From an uncultured Actinomycetota bacterium (lineage in GTDB: Bacteria; Actinomycetota; Actinomycetes; JADGOV01), in the NCBI GenBank assembly GCA_963814355.1, contig CAWFCZ010000018.1, forward strand, positions 637,224-701,223: a DNA stretch of 64,000 nt, written 5' to 3'. Each line of letters starts with the position of its first letter. Position 1 is the first letter of the stretch. The translations under genes were made by a program, and so were the position numbers. The notes under the pieces are model-generated. The model ran no database searches, was not told the DNA's origin, and was given only the letters and a program-made list of their open reading frames with translations. Of this stretch, positions 61,201 through 64,000 are shown piece after piece.

Positions 61201-61653
61201 ACCGACGACACCGGCCGCCAACTGCCACTGCACCGCCGGAGGGATCAGTCGGGCGCCGGGTTCGGCGGCCTCCCGAAGCGCATGCTCGGCGACCAGCCGC
61301 CCGGCATAGGCGTGATACGTCGACACAGCCGGCTGCCCGTCGGGGTCACCGTCCGCCGCCCCGAGCAGGCCGCGAACCCGCAGGGCGTCGAGCCGGCGGC
61401 GGACCCGAACGGACAGCTCGCTGGCCGCCTTCCGGGTGAATGTCAGCCCGAGCACGCCTTCAGGGGCGACCAGGCCGTTGGCCACCAGCCAGACGACTCG
61501 GGAAGCCATCGTCGAGGTCTTGCCGGAACCGGCGCCGGCGATCACACCAGCCGGTGACAGCGGCGCCGCGATCACCGCGGCCTGCTCCGCCGTCGGACAT
61601 TCCACCCCGAGGCGGTCGGCCAGCTCGCTCGGCGAGTACCGGATAGGCGTCAT
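58249..61653 (-). CDS. adnB: AdnB-type helicase-nuclease subunit (UvrD-like ATPase plus RecB-like nuclease)
   Basis: GAGSGKTSTM Walker A, UvrD helicase motifs, C-terminal nuclease motif ..DAVFADADGGWTVIDWKTG... Start ATG 61653, an ATGA overlap with adnA. The upstream 240 codons of the 58249-62373 ORF are out-of-gene. Confidence 0.8.
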   Translation of the reverse strand: MTPIRYSPSELADRLGVECPTAEQAAVIAAPLSPAGVIAGAGSGKTSTMASRVVWLVANGLVAPEGVLGLTFTRKAASELSVRVRRRLDALRVRGLLGAADGDPDGQPAVSTYHAYAGRLVAEHALREAAEPGARLIPPAVQWQLAAGVVGAYAGPMDDVPNGPPWVTDAVLALAGELAEHLRTPGELRAEIERWAARVASYEGRSPMVTRLAATTAITRALLPLVEGYLAAKAARGVIDYGDQVALAARIALRHPEVARIERSRYPVVLLDEYQDTGHAQRELLRALYGDGHPVTAVGDPCQSIYGWRGAGAGGLRRFPQHFAAAGRAVPVRHLATSFRNAEAILGVANRLAQPLRASDPDVPALRPTENGRGRGRVECALLETTMAEADWVADRIAGLLAASVPAGSGSDGSVPAEAALTAGDVAVLCRKRSQFPLLRRALESRQVPVEVVGLGGLLTVPDVLDVISVLRILEDTSANDAVIRLLTAPRMRVGARDLVALGDRARWLARDGTAEDESTARAEGKAAGADSVAEVVAASDEGRLGSLVEAVDDPGPDTAFSVTAYARLRAFGDEIAALRQRVDQPLPDLVADVERTLGLDVEVAARGGADAISARADLDAFSDATVEFAGEAEEPSLRAFLAYLRAAEEEEFGLETGRVGSGDSVKILTVHAAKGLEWPVVAVPGLASGGSSAIFPARPRVSTKWTHNAKLLPFPLRGDAADLPHLAGLTAADAGAFDSAVGEREELEERRLAYVALTRASRVVLCSGFWWGEGKSRLGPSVFLTEITAASQAAGGAAPTHWCPEPAADASNPQHASPPTAQWPEPPGGPAYEALREAARAVEAASQSPQITMGAAVDDGRGGEYPGGAEDARLAQRWAAEARLLRAERDTAAEEAGAVREVVVPDRLSVTHLVRLADDPESLARALRRPLPQRPTPAARRGTAFHAWLETFYGQLKLLDLDELAGAGDEGAAADAELAVLQHAFSRSAWWTRTPVEVEVPFDTRIGGAAVRGRMDAVFADADGGWTVIDWKTGAQPSTAGAGAAAVQLAAYRLAWAQLKRVRPDRVRAGFHYVRDNVTVTPIDLLDETGLRRLVEALPVCAAAPAEEPGDAGVSGSPNGSRRGNGLQSGTVP

Positions 61654-64000
61654 CGGCTGTCCCGGACACCTTCGGGCTGCAGCGGACAGCTGGTCCGGGC
61701 GGCACAGTTTCGGCAGTGGTCGTTGACGCTGGCTCGAAAGCGTGGGCCGGCCATCTCCGCGGTCACCACCTCGAGCAGATCGGACACCCAACCCGGATCC
61801 GGGTCTTCGGCGAGTGGCGGCTGGCGCTGCCCGGCAGCGGTCCGCTTGTAGGAGCACTTGCCCAGCTGAACCAGTTCCGCTCCGCCGGGCGTGGTCAGGC
61901 CGCGGTCGGCGAAGGCACCCAACGCGACGGCCAACTGGTACACGCCCAGCTGGGGATGCCGGGCGAGCTCGGCGTCCTTCGGTTTGCTGCTCCCTGTCTT
62001 GAGGTCCACCACCACTGCGCGGCCGTCGGCGTCCCGCTCCAGCCGGTCGACCCGCCCCCGGAGCACCGCATCCCCGGACGGCACCTCGAACGGTGCCTCC
62101 ACCGCGAGCAGACGCCGGTCGTTGCCTCGATGCCAGGCCAGGAACTTGCCCAACTGCTCGACCGCCAGCGTGCGCTGCGCCCGGGCATACCAGGGGCTGC
62201 CGAACTCCAGCCGCGCCCAGACCGCGTCGAGACCCCGGATCAAGGCCCGTTCGTCGACCTGCGGGTCGGCCGCCAACGAGGCGAGCGCGTGGACGACATT
62301 GCCCACCTGTTGCGGCGGCCCGCCCGGTCCCCCGCCACCGGCCGCCCGCTCCAGCAGCCAGCGCAGCGGGCACCGGCTGACGCCCTCGACCGCAGACGGC
62401 GACACGGTCATCGTCATCCCCGGCGCAGTTACCGGCTCGGTGCTCGACAGGGCCGTGAGGGCATGCCAGTGCGCCGGCGAGGCACCGGCGACCCCGGCGG
62501 CGGCCAACTCAGCCAACTGTCTGGCGGCGGCCGCCCGCAACGGCTCGGAACGGGCGCCGTCGACCAGCACGGCGCGCAACTCGGCGACCAGCGAGGGCAG
62601 ACTCAGCGGCCTGGGCGGCGCGGCGGGCGCCGCGTCGTAGCCGGGAAGCAACTCGTCGAGGAAGCGAGAGGGCCGTTGCTCGACGTCCTCCACCCCGCCG
62701 ACGGCGGTCACGATCAACCGGGTGCGGGCCCGGGTGACGGCGACGTAGAACAACCGCCGCTCCTCGACCAGCAGCGCCTGGCGCGCGCCCCTACCGGACG
62801 GGTCCCCCCCGGCGATGGCCGCGACCAGGTCCTCGCTGCCCAGTACGGAGCCGCGGGGGCGCAGGTCCGGCCAGCTCCCGTCCTGTACCCCGGCCACCAC
62901 GACGACGTCCCACTCCAACCCCTTGGAGCGGTGCGCGGTGAGCAGCCGTACCGCGTCGCCGCTGGGCGCCTGCTCGGCCAGGCTGTCCCCGGGTATCTCC
63001 CGGTGCAGCACGTCCTCGAGGAACAGCACCGCGCTGGCCCCCGGCAGCCGGTCGGTGAACCTGGCCGCCGCATCGAACAGGGCCAGTACGGCATCCAACG
63101 CCCGATCGGCCGCCGCGCCGAGTGCGCCACCGGCGGCGGAGGCCGCCTCCCAACGAGCCGCCAGCCGGCTGGCGGCCCACACCGCCCAGAGCACGTCCTC
63201 GGCGGTCCCGCCCGACCTCCCGGCCTCCGCAGCCGCGGCGAGCAGCCCCGCCACCCGATCCAGCGCGCCGCGCACCTCCAGCGGCACCGCGGCGCGCTTT
63301 CCCGGGTCGCGCAGCAGATCGGCCATGGGCTCCGCCCGGACGGTACCGAGGGCCGGCACCGGTCCGTCGCCGGGTGGGCCACCGCCGCGCGGCGGGCCGG
63401 CGGGGGATGGGCCGGCGTCAACGACCGGCGCACTGGACGCAGGATCGGGCAGGGTCCTCCGCAACCGTCGCAGTCCGACCGCGTCGAGACGACCCAGCGG
63501 GCCGGTGAGCAATTCGGCGGCGGCTGGCTCGGTGAGAGTTTCCGGCCTCAGCGCGCACCGCAGCGCCAGCAAGAGCGGCCGGACCGCCGGGTCACCGGCC
63601 AGGGGCGCCTCGTCACCGGCGACGGCCGTGGGCACACCTGCGGCCGCCAGGGCGCGCCGCAGCACCGGCAGGGCGGCGGGGGCGGAGCGGACGAGGACGG
63701 CCATCCGGGCCCACGGCACGCCGTCGAGCAAGTGCGCCCGGCGCAGTTCGTGGGCGATCAGGGCCGCTTCGGCCGTCCGGCTGGCGGCCAGCCGCACGGT
63801 CACCGTCCCGGTGGGCCGGCCGACCGTCGCCAGCTCGCGATGGGTCCGACTAACGCGACCGGCGGGCAGCCGGGCGGCGACCCGGCGGGAGGCGGCCAGC
63901 AGGGTGGCACCGCTGCGCCGGCAGGTCCGCAAGGCGACCACCGCTGCCGGCCGGCCGGCAGCGGTGCGGAACCGATGAGGGAAGTCCAGCACGTTGCGCA
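61650..64000 (-). CDS. adnA: AdnA-type helicase-nuclease subunit, 5' end beyond the window (partial)
   Basis: Degenerate UvrD-like motor domain. C-terminal RecB-like nuclease ..RVDRLERDADGRAVVVDLKTG.. and C-terminal Cys cluster CRNCAARTSC. Confidence 0.75.
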   Translation of the reverse strand, partial: RNVLDFPHRFRTAAGRPAAVVALRTCRRSGATLLAASRRVAARLPAGRVSRTHRELATVGRPTGTVTVRLAASRTAEAALIAHELRRAHLLDGVPWARMAVLVRSAPAALPVLRRALAAAGVPTAVAGDEAPLAGDPAVRPLLLALRCALRPETLTEPAAAELLTGPLGRLDAVGLRRLRRTLPDPASSAPVVDAGPSPAGPPRGGGPPGDGPVPALGTVRAEPMADLLRDPGKRAAVPLEVRGALDRVAGLLAAAAEAGRSGGTAEDVLWAVWAASRLAARWEAASAAGGALGAAADRALDAVLALFDAAARFTDRLPGASAVLFLEDVLHREIPGDSLAEQAPSGDAVRLLTAHRSKGLEWDVVVVAGVQDGSWPDLRPRGSVLGSEDLVAAIAGGDPSGRGARQALLVEERRLFYVAVTRARTRLIVTAVGGVEDVEQRPSRFLDELLPGYDAAPAAPPRPLSLPSLVAELRAVLVDGARSEPLRAAAARQLAELAAAGVAGASPAHWHALTALSSTEPVTAPGMTMTVSPSAVEGVSRCPLRWLLERAAGGGGPGGPPQQVGNVVHALASLAADPQVDERALIRGLDAVWARLEFGSPWYARAQRTLAVEQLGKFLAWHRGNDRRLLAVEAPFEVPSGDAVLRGRVDRLERDADGRAVVVDLKTGSSKPKDAELARHPQLGVYQLAVALGAFADRGLTTPGGAELVQLGKCSYKRTAAGQRQPPLAEDPDPGWVSDLLEVVTAEMAGPRFRASVNDHCRNCAARTSCPLQPEGVRDSR

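Noticed and set aside
1-64000. Explaining all frameshifts as uniform long-read homopolymer errors
   Set aside because: Not fully rejected. Some indels (for example the extra C at about 10262) are homopolymer-type. But the complete absence of frameshifts in 24 kb of core genes, the in-frame amber in DUF4242, the missing kdpA and the internal deletions in the permease and LAL genes point to real gene decay in the left segment.

Overview
This is a high-GC (about 71%) actinobacterial chromosomal window with two very different halves.

Right half (about 39.9-64.0 kb). It is a conserved, fully intact core block whose gene order matches the mycobacterial whiB7 / uvrD2 / nudC / adnAB neighbourhood. 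In order: UPF0182 membrane protein, PDZ/Lon-like protease, moaE, DUF2342 Zn-metalloprotease, DUF45 peptidase, enoyl-CoA hydratase, DUF5679 zinc-ribbon mini-protein, ThiF-like E1, UbiB/ABC1 kinase, whiB7 with its leader uORF and attenuator, uvrD2, a mycoredoxin-like glutaredoxin, a GAF-ANTAR regulator, nudC, an EEP-family nuclease/phosphatase, a CapA-like lipoprotein, adnB and a partial adnA.

Left half (1-39.9 kb). It lies immediately downstream of the 3' end of a tRNA-fMet(CAT) gene (39883-39959, minus strand) and reads as a decaying accessory island. It contains:
- a kdpF-[kdpA missing]-kdpB-kdpC-kdpD-kdpE locus in which kdpB, kdpD and kdpE are frameshifted and kdpA is replaced by an IS1380-family element;
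- a second, truncated IS1380 fragment abutting the tRNA;
- frameshifted or truncated genes: an ABC sugar transporter, an HtrA-like protease, two large ATP-dependent LuxR (LAL)-type regulators, a NarL-type two-component pair, an FAD oxidoreductase, an alpha/beta hydrolase and a DUF998 protein;
- apparently intact cargo: a SAM methyltransferase, cupins, a DUF4386-hydrolase fusion, NmrA/SDR genes, a flavoprotein disulfide reductase, a tandem muconolactone-isomerase-like protein, a MOSC-FNR-ferredoxin fusion, an FMO, an alpha/beta-hydrolase-LuxR fusion and OsmC.

No CRISPR array, rRNA, integrase or recognisable defence system is present. The frameshifts are confined to the left half, while the right half has ORFs over 1000 aa with none, which argues for genuine pseudogenisation rather than uniform sequencing error. 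Sequencing error cannot be excluded without reads.
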